Of a stretch of 64,000 nt of DNA, positions 1 to 14,300 are shown piece after piece. The DNA comes from Malacoraja senta. Taxonomy: Eukaryota. Numbering within the stretch: the stretch's first letter is position 1; each line of letters opens with the position of its first letter. Location: the NCBI GenBank assembly GCA_038087875.1, contig CM075994.1, forward strand, positions 7,690,001 to 7,754,000, in the 5' to 3' direction. The notes beneath the pieces were generated by a model that made no database searches, had not been told where the DNA came from, and worked only from the letters and a program-made list of their open reading frames with translations. The position numbers were made by a program, and so were the translations under genes.

Positions 1-352
1 TCTGCTCCTATTACTTATGAACATGAGTGAACGACGGAGTAGACTTGATGGGCCGAATGGCCTAATTCTGCTCCTACGACTAATGAACAGGATAACAGGA
101 AATATACCCCCCTCTCCTCCTGCAGAGATGTCTAAAATGAATAGGATTAGGGTAAGAGGTTTAGAGGGCATCTGAGGATATTTTAGAGGGAGAGGGTGAT
201 TGGAATCAGAATACTTTGCCTAAAGGTGGTGCTGGAGGCAGTGACTTTCACAGCATTGAAGAAGAGACTGGGTGAACATCTAGGCAAGGAAGGCAAAGGA
301 TCAAATGCTGGTAAGAATAGATAGACACAAAATGCTGGAGGAACTCAGCGGG

Positions 353-950
353 AGGGTAGCGCAGCGGTAGAGTTGCTGCCTTACAGCGCTTGCAGTGCTG
401 GAGACCCACGTTCAATCCTGACTGCGGGCGCTGTCTGTGCGGAGTTTGCACCTTCTCCCGTGACCTGCGTGGGTTTTCTCCGAGATCTTCGGTTTCCTCC
501 CACACTCCACAGACGTGCAGGTTTGTAGGTTAATTAGTTTGGTAAATGTGAAAATTGTCCCTAGAGTTTGTACGTTAGTGTTAATATGCGGGGGTCGCTG
601 GTGGGAGAGGACCCGTTGGGTGGGCTGGAGGGCTAAACTAAACTAAACTAGACAGGCAGCATCAGGCAGCATCTCTGGAGAGAAGGAATAGGAGACCCTT
701 CTGCAGTCTGAGTTGTCGCCTCACAGCGCCAGAGACCCGGGTTCGATCCCGACTACGGGTGCTGTCTGTACGGAGTTTGTACGTTCTCCCCGTGACCCGC
801 GTGGGTTTTCTCCAGGTTTCCTCCCACACTCCAAAGATGTACAGGTATGTAGGCTTTGGGTATAATTGTCCCTAGTGTGTGTGGGATTGTATTAGTGGGC
901 CATGGTGGCTGTTTCCGTGCTGTATCTATAGAGTCTAAAGTAAAGTTAAA
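353..950 (+). mobile_element. Two HE1-like SINEs (353-650; 711-950)
   Basis: Same head, core and tail motifs as 7471-7800. Confidence 0.85.
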
Positions 951-1228
951 GATTGTGTTTGAACTTCTACCTCAGCTCCATTGCAGCACCATTCCGATAC
1001 AAACACTCCCCTTACATAAGGAATAGGAGTAGAATTAGGCCATTCGGCCCATCAAGTCTACTCCGCCATTCAATCATGGCTGATCTATCTCTCCCTCCCA
1101 ACTAGTCAAGTCAAGTCAAGTGAGTTTATTGTCATGTGTCCCTGGTAGGACAATGAAATTCTTGCTTTGCTTGAGCACAACAGAACATAGTAGGCATTTA
1201 CTACAAGGCATTCTATACATATATACAC

Positions 1229-1760
1229 TAGCGTTGCCGACTGTCCCGTATTAGCCTGGACATCCCGTATATTGGGCTAAATTGGTTTGTCCCGTATGGG
1301 ACTGCCCTTGTTCCGTATTTGACTGCTACTACTCGGGTCGAGGGGACTGTTGGGTCGGAGCGCCGCGTCCGGCCCCGCCTCACCCGTCCCGACGTAGTGC
1401 AGCCCATGGAGTGCAGCAGCAGCAGCAGCAGCAGCGCCTCGCCCGTGGCCCCGTCGGTCGGTAGCCCGGCCAGCTGTCCGACCTTCGGACCTTCGCTTAC
1501 CGCCGACACCACCACCACCCCTCCTTCTCATGGCCAATCGTCAGTTCATGAGTTGGATGGGGTGCCGGACTTTGCCCGCGGCCCCCGGGCCAAAACTCCT
1601 CAGCTGGCCCCGCCGGCTGGGCTTTGTGTGTGGTCCAGCACCTGGGCCAACTCATCATTCACCCAGACATGGCCGAGTCGCTCAACGAATTGCCGTCGGG
1701 AATATGTCCCGTATTTTGACCGTTTGTCCCTTATTTGGGAGTGAGAAAGTTGGCACCCTC
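1229..1760. mobile_element. Non-autonomous hAT (Blackjack-like) DNA element, copy 1
   Basis: Termini TAGCGTTGCC.../...AAGTTGGCACCCT, subterminal GTCCCG/GGGAC repeats and a GC-rich interior. Near-identical to 11073-11576. Confidence 0.7.
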
Positions 1761-2310
1761 CACCCTAACCCCATTCTCCTGCCTTCTCCCCATAACCCCA
1801 CCTATCTTCCTCCGTTAATAGTCGGTTAACCAATTCAACAGTTCGCAATGATGTATCCCTCTTGGGATCACATCACCCTAGCCAACAATGAGCCAATCGG
1901 GGACCCTCCCTCCCTGAGCTCATCTGTTGCTGGCCCGGACTTGGCCTGGCCTTTTCTTGCTTCCATTTCACACCCAGCCCCCCACCCTCCTCCCCCACCC
2001 CCTACAATCAGTCTGAGGAAGGGTCCCGACCCGAAAAGTTACCTCTCCACATTCTCCAGAGCTACTGCCTGACCCGTTGAGTTACTCCAGCACTTTGTGT
2101 CTACTTCTGCAAGATATTGGCCAATTTTTAGTGACATCTATCCAGATAGACTCTTGTCCAATTTTGCTCATGATACATAACCACGTATTAACATTCTTTT
2201 CTTTTCTTCCACCCCGTCAGAACCAAAGGTGACTCCTGGAGTGTTTTTGACAGCACGGTGTACCGAGAGGTTTAATTAGAGAGCGCAGAGGATCAGAGGC
2301 ATCGGTGGAC

Positions 2311-2377
2311 ATGGCTGGCCACGGGATCATGGACTGTTGGTATCTACTCCTTATCTGCTCAGTGATGGGCTACAGCG
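2311..2377 (+). CDS. Coding exon 1: signal peptide [22 protein letters not shown](A)
   Basis: Hydrophobic core [10 protein letters not shown]. Phase-1 donor G|GTGAGA at 2378. A pyrimidine tract plus CAG at 2195-2220 suggests an upstream non-coding exon. Confidence 0.75.
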
Positions 2378-5300
2378 GTGAGAATAGATCCTTATGTACC
2401 TTACAGTGTCCCTCCATCCCTTCCCCTACCCAGTTCTCCGACCAATCTGACTGTCTCTGACTACATCTTATCTCTGTTTAAGAAGGAACTGCAGAAGCTG
2501 GAAAATCGAAGGTAGACAAAAATGCTGGAGAAACTCAGCGGGTGAGGCAGCATCTATGGAGTGAAGGAAATAGGCAACGTTTCGGGTCGAGACCCTTCTT
2601 CTGTTTACTTTGTTGTCACCTTCTCCCAACTAACAATGATCTATTCTACATTTTCCTTGATTTCCATCCCCTTTGTCCTGTTTTCACACCTTACCCTTCC
2701 TCATCTATGTACCGCCCACTCCCCTGACATCAGTCTGAAGAAGGGTCTCGACCCAAAACATCACCCATTCCTTCTCTCCAGAGATGCTGCCTGTCCCACT
2801 GAGTTACTCCAGCATTTTGTGTCGTTCTTCAATTTAAACCAGCATCTGCAGTTTCTTCCTGCACCTTATGCACATACCCTCGTATCATATAGTATCGTAC
2901 TCTGTCTCTGTAACTAAACTAAACTCAACTAAACACTCCGAACCCTAAAGGGCCTGTCCCATGAGCATGCGACTGCATGCGTCTAGCACGACCTAACGTG
3001 GTCGCTTGAGCCGTACGGCCTCGTGGGGCCGGTCCCACTTCGATCGCCGGAGCCGGATGGAGTTGGGCGGAGCTGGTCCCGACATCGCGCGGGGCTCCGA
3101 AAAACTGACCGTGTTCAAAAATTCCGCGCTGCGACGGCCTGCCGGCCCGCAGCCGCCTCGACGGGCGTGCGCAGCGTCTTGACGCCATACGTCACGCGCG
3201 AACTTCCCTCGTCACTCACTCGACCTCCGCGCGGCCCCCGCTTCCGGTTTGGTCGCGCTTGCCGCATGCAGCCACATGCTGGTGGGACCGGCCCTGTACG
3301 GGGATCACTCGACCTCCGCGCGGCCCCCGTGCGGCCCCCACTTCCGGTTAGGTTCCGCTTGCTGCATGGAGTCGCATGCCCGTGGGACAGGCCCTTTACC
3401 ATCTACAAATCACCCCTCTTATGCCCCCCATCCAGACAACTCACCCTCATTCATCTCTCTTCAATCCCATCTCTATCACCCTCCATCCATCCCTCCCATC
3501 TGTCATTCCTCGACTCGGATGAGTGAGGTGGGCGGTCGAGAGTGTAGGATGAAGGAATTGCAGATGCTGGTTTACACCGAAGATCCACACAAAAAGCTGG
3601 AGTAACTCAGCGGGACAGGCAGCATCTCTGGAGAGAAGGAATGGGTGACGTTTCGGGTCGAGACCCTTCTTCAGACTGAGAGTCAGAGACTCAACACGAA
3701 ACGTCACCCATTACTTCTCTCCAGAGATGCTGCCAGTCCCGCTGAGTTACCCCAGCATTTTGTGTCTGTCTTTGGTGAAAACCAGCATCTGCGCAGTTCC
3801 TTCCTAAGACTTCATAAGGGTGTGGGCCTGGTGAAAACGAGTTATACAGACAATGAAACTCACCAGGACCACAGTGTGTTTGCACAACAGCTAGGGTGGG
3901 GGAGCGACGGAGGTAGAGGGCGACTTGAAGTTAGAGAAGGCAATGTTCATACCGCTGGGGTGTAAGCTGCCCAAACGAAATATGAGGTGCTGTTCCTCCA
4001 ATTTGCGCTGGGCCTCACTCTGACAGTGGAGGAGGCCCAGGACAGAAAGGTCAGTGTGGGAATGGGAGCGGGAGTTAAAGTGTTTGGCAACCGGGAGATC
4101 AGGTAGGTCTTGGCGGACTGAGCAAAGATATTCAGTGAATGTGTAGGAGTCCGCACATGGAACAACAGATACAGTAGTTTAGTTTAATTTAGTTTAGTTC
4201 AGAGATACAGCGCAGAAACAGGCATTAAAGTCATATAGTGATACAGCATGGAAACAGGCCCTTCGGCCCTACTTGCCCACACCGGCCAACATGTGCCGTC
4301 TATACTAGTCCCACCTGCCTGCGTTTGGTCCATGTCCATCCAAACCTGTCCTATCCATGTACCTGTCTAACTGCTTCTTAAACATTGGGATAGTCCCAGC
4401 CTCAACTACCTCCTCTGGCAGCTTGTTCCATACACCCACCACCCTCTGTGTGAAAAGTTACCCCTCAGATTACTATTAAATCTTTTCCCCTTCACCTTAA
4501 ACCCATGTCCTCGGGTCCTCGATTCCCCTACTCTGGGCAAGGGACTCTGTGCATCTCCCCGATCTATTCCTCTCGTGATTCTATAAGATCACCCCTCATC
4601 CTCCTGCGCTTCAAGGAATGGAATCCCAGCCTGCTCAAACTCAGAGCCTAAAACATGATAAAAAAAATTCATAGAAACATAGAAAATAGGTGTAGGAGGC
4701 CATTCGGCCCTTCGAGCCAGCACTGCCATACATTGTGATCATGGCTGATCGTCCCCAATCAATAACCCGTGCCTGCCTTCTCCCCATATCCCTTGATTCC
4801 ACTAGCCCTTAGAGCTCTGTCTAACTCTCTCTTAAATCCATCCAGTGACTTGGCCTCCACTGCCCTCTGTGGCAGGGAATTCCACAAATTCACAACTCTC
4901 TGGGTGAAAAAGTTTTTTCTCATCTCAGTCTTAAATGGCCTCCCCTTTATTCTAAGACTGTGGCCCCTGGTTCTGGACTCGCCCAACATTGGGAACATTT
5001 TTCCTGCATCTAGCTTGTCCAGTTTATAATTTTATATGTTTCTATAAGATCCCCCTCATCCTTGTAAACTCCAGTGAATACAAGCCTGGTCTTTTCAATC
5101 TGTCCTCATATGACAGTCCCGCCATCCCAGGGATCAATTCATTTTGCATATAATGCTGGAATACGCCATTTTTGGCGCCATTTCATCCTATTTTTTCTTC
5201 TATTTTCTCCTGTTTGTTGACGTCGTTTTTGCTTCACCTTCGTGGCTCCCACGTGGTCGAACAGCTTCCTCCCGCTCCTTCACCTCGGGGAAGAAGTTCA

Positions 5301-8300
5301 TCTCGGTGTTCCTGCAGAACTACGACAGCACCGCCGTTCTCAGCATCCACATCATCTCCTTCGAGAAGCCGACGGTGGTCAGCGTGTCCGTGTCGGCGCC
5401 GGATTACCGGCGGTCGGTGCAGCTCAACGCCAACAGCACCGCCCTGCTCACCCTCAACTCCTCCTTCATGCTGTCCGGCAACGAGATCTCCAAGAAGGTG
5501 ATCACGGTCACCGCCAACGAAGACATCTCCCTCATCATGTTGAACGGGAGGTCCAAGACCTACGACTCCTTCCTCAACCTGCCCTACGACACCTTGGGCA
5601 ACACCTACTACGTGGTGACCTACATGGTCAACAGCCCCTACAACATCAAGCAGTTTGCTATCGCCAACAGCAACGAGCCTGTGGCGGTGACTGTCCGGGT
5701 GTCTGGCTCCCTCATCTTCAACGGCACCCAGTATTTTGACAAGGAGCGCTTCTCCTTTGCGATGGAGCCCAACCAGGCCGTGCAGTTCCAGAGTGACAAG
5801 GACCTGACGGGGACCAAGGTGGAGGCCACCAGGCCGGTGGCGGTCTTCAGCGGGGACCAGTGCATCACCGTGCCGCCCAGCAACTGCGACCACATCGCCG
5901 AGCAGCTCTACCCCGTGGACAAGTGGTCGGACCACTTCATCGTCTTCCCCCTGATGAAGAAGGTGAAGAAGGACATCATCACCGTGGTGGCCGCCCACAA
6001 CGGCACCGCGGTGAACATCTACAGCCACGGGGAGAACCGCTATGAGTTGCTTGAGGAAGGGTCCCACGTCAACTTCAGCGTGACCGGCGGCACCACCGTC
6101 AACTCGTCCAGGCCCATCATGGTGACCTACCTGAGCACGGGCGGCAGCACCTCCATGGTGTCCACCTTCGACCCCTTCCTGGTCAACGTCATACCCTCCG
6201 TCTACTTCAGCAACTACTATGTGTTCGTGACCATTGAGAACCTCTACAACTACATCCTGGTGGTGTCAGCCGGCACAAGCCCGTCCAGTATCACGTTGGA
6301 TGGCCGACCCTTGTTCCGCCACCAGATGGAGAACCTGACCTTCGATCAGTTCACCGCCACCAGGATATACCTGGGGGACAAGGGAGGCCGGCACGTCATC
6401 TCGCACAACTCAACCCTCTTTGCCATCTACATCTTTGGCATCGGACGGGCAGAATCGTACGGGTACCCCATGGGCAACAAGGAATTCCCAATCAGTAAGT
6501 GGCAACCCATTACTCACACTCAATTTAGTTCAGGAAAAAAAGGAGGAATTGGTGTGGATTTGAGTTTAGGAGCAAGGAGGTCCTACTGCAGTTGTACAGG
6601 GCCCTGATGAGACCACACCTGGAGTATTGAGTGCAGTTTTAGTCCCCTCATTTGGGAAGGACATTCTTGCTGTTGAGGGAGTGCAACGTAGGTTCACCAG
6701 GTTAATTTAGACTGACATATGATGAAAGAATGGGTCGACTGGGCTAGTATTCACTGGAATTTAGGACGAGAGGGGATCTTATAGAAACATATAAAATTCT
6801 TAAGGGATTGGACATGCTGGGTGCAGGAAAAATGTTCCCGATGTTGGGGGAGTCCAGAACCTGGGGGCCACAGTTTAAGAATAAGGGGTAGGCCATTTAG
6901 GACGGAGATGAGGGAAAGAGAGTTGTGAATCTGTGGAATTCTCTGCCACAGAAGGCAGTGGAGGCCAATTCACTGGATGTTTCCAAGGGAGAATTAGATT
7001 TAGCTCTTAAGGGTAACGGAATCAAGGGATGTGGGGAGAAAGCAGGAACGGGACTCTGTTTTTGGATGATCAGCCATGATCGTATTGAATGGCGGTGCTG
7101 GCTCGAAGGGTCAAATGGCCTAATCCTGCACCTATTGTCTATGTTTCTATGTTTCTATGTTCAGTTTAGTTTAGGACAAAGGAGGGCTCGATGTAGGGGG
7201 AGGCATGGTGAGGTGGGGGGTGGGGGTTGGGGGTGGAGAACAAAGGGGGAACAGCGCGGTATACTGTGAATACTTTGTGACTTTGTCAGCGCCCTTTACG
7301 TGGCAGCTATTTGTATACCTTGGGTACGCAAGCAAAGTATTTCACTGTGACTTGCCACGTGTGACAGTAAGGTACTTGTTTATTCATTTATTTAGCTTAT
7401 TATCACGCGCACCGAGCTACAGTGAAAATCTTTTTAGTCGCGTGCTACCCAGTCAGCTAAAAGCTTAAAAGGGCGGCACGGTGGCGCAGCGGTAGAGTTG
7501 CTACCTTACAGCGCTTGCAACGCCAGAGACCCGGGTTCGTTTCCCGGCTACGGGACCTGTCTGTACGGAGTTTGTACGTTCTCCCCGTGACCTGAGTGGG
7601 TTTTCTCCGAGAACTTCGGTTTCCTCCGACACTCCAAAGATGTACAGGTTTGTAGGTTAATTGGCTTGGTTATAAACATAAAAATTGTCCCTCGAGTGTG
7701 TAGGATAGTGTTAATGTGCGGGGATCGCTGGTCAGTGCGGAGGCGATGGGCCGAAGGGCCTGTTTCCCTGCTGTATCTCTAAACAAAACTAAACTAAACT
7801 ATACCGAATTACAATCTAGCCATCCACGGTGTACAGATACAGGATAAAGGGTATAAGCTTCAGTGCAAGATAACGTTCTTCTTGTCACCATGCCACATTC
7901 TAACTTCAAGTAACCCTTGCCTCTCCTCTTGTCTCACTCCTTCCCACCCCCGCTCTAGTCATCCTGTTCAGTTTCACTCTCTTTATAACTCGTTATCACC
8001 TACCCCACAGCCAACAATGGACCATTGTGGACTCCACCTTGCCTTGATCAACATTGCTTCTTCATTTGTTTAATGTACCGTCGATATCTCTCTTTTCCCA
8101 CTCCCCTGACTCTCAGTCTGAAGAAGGGTCTCGACCCGAAACGTCAACCATTCCTTTTCTGCAGAGATGCTGCCTGACCCGCTGAGTTACTCCAGCATTT
8201 TGTGTCTATCAGCGGAAAGACTGTACATGATGCACATAGTGTACTGCTACAGGATAAAATAAATAATGTTTAATGCAAGATAACATCCTGTAAGGTCTGA

Positions 8301-11300
8301 TTGAAGATAGTCCCAGGGTCACCAATGATAGGTAGATAGTAGTTCAGGACTGCTCTCTGGTTGTGGTAGGATGGTTCAGTTGCCTGATAACAGCTGGGAA
8401 GAAACTGTCCCTGAATCTGGAAGTTTTAGTTCAGTTTAGATTAGAGATACAGCACGGAAACAGGCCCTTCGGCCCACCGAGTCCGCACCGACCAGCGATC
8501 CCCACACATTAACACTATCCTGCACACGCTAGGGACAATTTACAATTACACCGAGGCAGTTAACCTACAAGCCTGCACGTCTTTGGAGTGTGGGAGGAAA
8601 CCGAAGCACCCAGAGAAAACCCACCCAGGTCACGGGGAGAACGTACAAACTCCGTACAGACAGCGCCCGTAGTCGGGATCGAATTCTGGCGCTGTGAGGC
8701 AGCAACTCTACCGCTGCGCCACCGTGACCGCCATAAGGTATGGAGGAGTACGCTTTCACACTTCTGTACCTCTTGCCTGACGGGAGAGGGGAGAAGAGGG
8801 AGTGGCCGGGGTGAGACTTGTGGAACAGCACCCAGTAAAACTCTGATATCCCACTATCCCACCGTGTGCAAATCCAGTTCCGTGTCTGTCCCAAGAGCTG
8901 ATGTTTGAAATTTCTACTCGACCGGGTCCCAGTTCCCACTGTGTTCCACTTCCCACTCTCTCATGTGTTATGGTCTTATTATAAGGTCATAAGTGGTGGG
9001 AGCAGAATAAGGCCTTTCGACCCATTAAGCCGACTGCCATTCAATGATAGAGTGATACAGTGTGGAAACAGGCCCTTCAGCCCAACTTGCCCACACTAGC
9101 CAACATGTCCCATCTACCCTGGTCCCACCTGCCTGCGCTTGGTCCATATCCCTCCAAACCTGTCCTATCCATGTGCCTGTCCAACTGTTTCTTAAGCGTT
9201 GGGTTAATCCCAGCCTCAACTACCTCCTCTGGCAGCTTGTTCCATATACCCACCACCCTTTGTGTGAAAAAGTTACCTCTCAGATTCCTATTAAATCTTT
9301 TCCCCTTCACCTTGAACCTATGTCCTCTGGTCCTCGATTCACCTACTCTGGGCAAGAGACTCTGTGTGTCTTCCCGATTTAATCCTCTCGTGGTCTTATA
9401 CGTGGATTATGGCTGGTCTATCTCTCCCTCCTAACCCCATTCTCCTGCCTTCTCCCCATAACCCCGGACACTCCTTATTAATTCTAATCTCATTTCCCAA
9501 CCACATTCCCGTCAACTGCCGCAGATTCTACTTTATTCTACGAAGTGTGAAAACGCACACCTCCAGATTCAGGGACAGTTTCTTCCCAGCTGTTATCAGG
9601 CAACTGAATCATCCTACCACAACCAGAGAACAGTCCTGATCAACTATCTACCTCATTGGTGACCCTTGGACTATCCTTGATCGGACTTTGCTGGTTTTAC
9701 CTTGCACTAAACGTTATTCCCTTATCATGTATCTGTACACTGTGGACGGCTCGATTGTAATCATGTATTGTCTTTCCGCTGACTGGTTAGCACACAACAA
9801 AAGCTTTTCACTGTACCTCGGTACATGTGACAATAAACTAAACTGTAAACCCCTCACGCACACACCAGGGACAATTTACAGAAGGCCGATTAACCTTCGT
9901 TCAGTATAGAGATTCAGCGCGGAAACAGGCCCTTCGTCCCACCGAGCCTGCGCCGACCAGCGATCACCCCGTACACTAGTTATACCCTACACACACCAGG
10001 GACAATCGACGGAGGGCCAATTAACCTGCAAACCCGCACATCTTCGGGATGTGGGTGGAAACCGGAGCACCCGGAGGAAACGCACGTAGGTCACGGGGAG
10101 AACATGCAAACTCCACGTAGACAGCTCCCGAGATCGGGATCAAACCCAGGTCTCTGATGCTGTGAGGCAGCAGTCTACCCGCTGCGCCACCGTGTAGCTG
10201 AAAGACCAAGAATATAATATGTACTGTAAAACTCCGGTAATCTGGCAACTGATAATCAGGAATCTGATTGTCCAGCGTATGTTTCATGCACTGGCCTGGT
10301 TTAGAGATACAGCGTGGAAACAGGCCCTTCGACCCATCGAGTCCGTGCCGACCATAGATCACCCGTTCACACACTAGTTCTAAGTTATCCCACTTTGTCA
10401 TCCACTCCCTACACACTAGGGGGCAATTTACAGAGGGGCCGATTAACCTACAACCCCGCACGTCTTCGAGGTGTGGGAGGAAACCGGAGCACCCGGAGGA
10501 AACTCACGCGGGTCACGGGGAGAACGTACAAACTCCATGTGGACAGCACCCGAGGTCGGGATCGAACCCGGGCCTCTGTGCGGTGTGAGGCAGCATCTCT
10601 ACCCGCTGCGCCACCGTGCCGCACCGGGATGTGAACTTGGGACCTGGGGAGTAAGTGGGATGAGTCATTAAGTTGAAAAGAGTGCAGGGAAGATTTGCAG
10701 GATGTTGCCAGGACTTGAGGCCTGAGCTATAGAAAGGGGTCAGGCAGGCTAGGACTTCATATTTCTTGGAGCGATGAGGGGTGATCTTATAGAGGTGTAT
10801 AAAATCATGATGGGAATCGATAGGAAGAATACACAGAGTCTGTTACTCAGAGTGGTGGAATCAATAACAGTAAGACATCTCAGGTTACCTCTCAGGTTCT
10901 TATTACATTTTTCCCGTCCCCACAAACCTAGGCCCTCTGGTTCTTGATTCCCCTACTCTGAGTATCTACCTTATCTATTCCCCTTGTGATCTTATACACC
11001 TCTCGTCCTTCTGTGCTCCAAGGAAAAAAGTCCTAGCCTGCCCAACCTCTCCCTATAGCTCAGAGCCTCGGGTAGAGTTGCGGACTGTCCCGTATTAGCC
11101 GGGACATCCCGTATATTTGGGCTAAATTGGTTTGTCCCGTACGGGACCGCCCTTGTCCCGTATTTGACTGCTACTACTCGGGTCGAGGGGACTGTCGGGT
11201 CGGAGCGCCGCGTCCGGCCCCCGCCTCACCCGCCCTGACGTAGTGCAGCCCATGGAGTGCAGCAGCAGCAGCAGCAGCGCCTCGCCCGTGGCCCCGTCGG

Positions 11301-14300
11301 TCGGCAGCCCGGCCAGCTGTCCGACCTTCGGACCTTCGCTTACCGCCGACACCACCACCCCTCCTTCTCATGGCCGATCGTCGGTTCGTGAGTTGGATGG
11401 GGGGCCACAACTCCTCAGCTGGCCCCGCCGGCTGGGCTTTGTGTGTAGTCCAGCACCCGGGCCAACTCATCATTCACCCAGACACGGCCGAGTCGCTCAA
11501 CGAATTGCCGTCGGGAATTTGTCCCTTATTTTGACCTTATGTCCCTTATTTGGGAGTGAGAAAGTTGGCAACCCTACCCTCGGGTCCTGGCAACATCCAC
11601 GTGAGTCCTCTCTGCACTTTTGTTTACCAGATTAGCAATATCCTTCCATCAGCAGGCTAAACGGAACGCAATACTCCAAATGTGGCCTCAACTGTAACAT
11701 AACACTCAATACTCAATACCATGACTGGTGAAGACCAAGACACCAAGATCCTTTTTGACCACCTTGCCTACCAGTGAAGTCACTTTCAAGGAGAACTTCT
11801 TGCACTCCTAGATCCCTCTGCTCTATAACGATCCCCAGAACGCTGCCATTCACTATGAAGGTTTTGCTCTGCTTTAACTTCCCCAAAACCCCTTGCACTT
11901 ATCTGCATTAAACTCCATCAACCATGCTGCAGCCAACTTGCCCAACTGATCAACAACCTGTTTTTGATAACCATCTTTGCTCTCGACAATGCCACCCACT
12001 TTAGAGTCAGGTACAAAATTACTAACCCAGCCTCGCACATCAAGTCGTTGATGTAAACCACAACCACAAGCCTCAAGTCCAAAAAACAACCTTCTACCGC
12101 GCGGTGGCTCAGCGGTAGAGTTGCTGCCGACAACGTCAGAGACCCGGGTTCGATCCTGACTGAACACAGTTTGCACGTTCTCCCCGTGACCTGCGTGGGT
12201 TTTCTCCGGGATCTCCGCTTTCCTCCCACACTCCAAAACCGTACAGGCTTGCAGGTTAATTGGCTTGGGTAAAATCGTAAATTGTCCCAAGTGGGTGTAA
12301 GATGGTGTACGTGTGCGGGGATCGCTGGTCGGCGCGGGCTCAGTGGGCCGCAGGGCCTATTACCGCGCTGTATCTCTAAACTAAACTAGACCATCACACT
12401 CAGCTTCCTTCCATGAAGCAAATTCTCCACCGAGTTGGCTAACTCTCCTTGGATCTGGCTGAAATTAATACTATCTTAACTCTGACGTGTGAGATGGTGA
12501 ATTTTGGTGAGTCAAACCAGGACAGGACTAACATGGTGAACGTTAGAGCCCTGGGAAGTATTATGGAAGGGAGGAGGGACCTGGGGATAAAGATACATGG
12601 TTTCCTAACAGTGGTGATGCAAGTAGACAAGGTGGTGGGGACAGCCATTGGCAAACTTGACTTTGGTTCAGTTTAGTTTGGAGATATGGCGCGGAAACAG
12701 GCCCTTCGGCCCACCGAGTCCACGCCGACCAGCGATCCCCGCACACTAACGCTATCCTAGAGACAATTTACATTTACACTAACATTATTCCACACACACT
12801 AGGGACAATTTACAATTTTACCCAAGCCAATTAACCTACAAACCTCCTCATCTTTGGAATGCAGGAGGACACTGGAGATCCCGGAGAAAACCCACGCAGG
12901 TCATGGGGAGAACGCAAAAACTCCACAAAGGCAAGCATTCGTAGTCAGGATCGGGTTTAGTTTAGTTTAGGTTATTTAGTTTTGAGATACAGCGCGGAAA
13001 CAGGCCCTTCGGCCCACCGGGTCCGTGCCGACCAGCGATCCCCACACATTAACACTGTCCTACACACACTAGCGATAATGTTTACATTTACCAATCCAAT
13101 TAACCTACAAACCTGCACGTATTTGGAGCGTGGGAGGATACCGAAGATCTCGGAGAAAACCCACGCGGGTCACGGGGAGAACGTGCAAACTCCGTACAGA
13201 GAGCACCCGTAGTCGGGATCGAACCCGGGTCTCCGGCGCTGCATTCGCTGTAACTCTACCGCTGCTCCACCGTGACCGCCCTTCATCAGTAAGGGCATTG
13301 AGGACAGGAGCAGTCACAGAGAAAGCACAGGAACAGGCCCTTCAGCCCACAATGTTTGTGCCGAACATGATAAACCCTTGTAAACGCCACTATCGTATCT
13401 GCCTCCACCACCACCCCTGGCAGCGCGTTCCAGGCACCCACCACCCTCTGTGTAAAAATACTTGTCCCGCACATCTCCTTTAAACTTTCTCACCTCTCAC
13501 CTTATAGCTATGCCCTCTAGTTCAGTTTAGTTTAGTTTGGAGATACAGCGCGGAAACAGGCCTTTCGGCCCACCGAGTCCGTACTGACCAGCGATCCCCG
13601 CACACTAACCAGCGACCCCCTGACCAGTGATCCCCGCATCCCTACACACACTAGGGACAATTGTTTGCATTCATACCAAGCCGATTCGCCTACAAATCTG
13701 TCCGTCTTTGCAGTGTGGGAGGAAACCCGAGCACCCGGAGCAAACCCACGCAGGTCACGGGGAGAACGTACAAACTCCGTACAGACAGCACCCGTAGTCG
13801 GGATCGAACCCGGGTCTGTGGCGCTGTGAGGCAGCAACTCTACCGCTGCGCCACTTTCCTGCCCAGTGTTGGGTTTTTACACCTTGGGATAAAAGTTCTG
13901 ACTGTCTACCCTCTCTATGCCTCTCATCATTTTATCGTTGCTTTCTAGAAGTTTAAAGAGATTCAGTAGGTCTCTGAATTTCTGACTAACTTTGACAGAT
14001 ATACTGGAGGAAATAGACACAAAATGCTGGAGTAACTCAGCGGGTCAGGCAGCATCTCTGGAGAGAAGGAATGGGTGACGTTTCGGGTATGAAGATCTGA
14101 AGAAGGGTCTCGACCCGAAACGTCACCCATTCCTTCTCTCCATAGACGCTGCCAGTCCCGCTGAGTTACTCCAGCTTTTTGCGTCTATCTTCGGTTTAAA
14201 CCAGCACCTGCACTTCCTTCCTGCACTTTTCGTCTACTGTCGAGAATATGCTGCCTGGTTGCACCTTGGCCTGGTACGATTCCAACACACAGGAATTCAA

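Noticed and set aside
5144..5264. Hydrophobic N-terminus of ORF 5144..6607 as a signal peptide or single-exon gene
   Set aside because: It starts at TTG next to a CR1 fragment and is the intron's pyrimidine tract. The true start is better explained by exon 2311-2377, and the ORF tail after 6494 runs into intron and CR1 sequence.
5234..6067. 277-aa minus-strand ORF and other overlapping ORFs
   Set aside because: Shadow ORFs caused by the high GC3 of the real + strand exon.
7471..7550. tRNA genes at GGTGGCGCAGCGGTAGAG...GGTTCGATCCC
   Set aside because: These are SINE heads that continue into the V-core and LINE-derived tail, with no complete cloverleaf.
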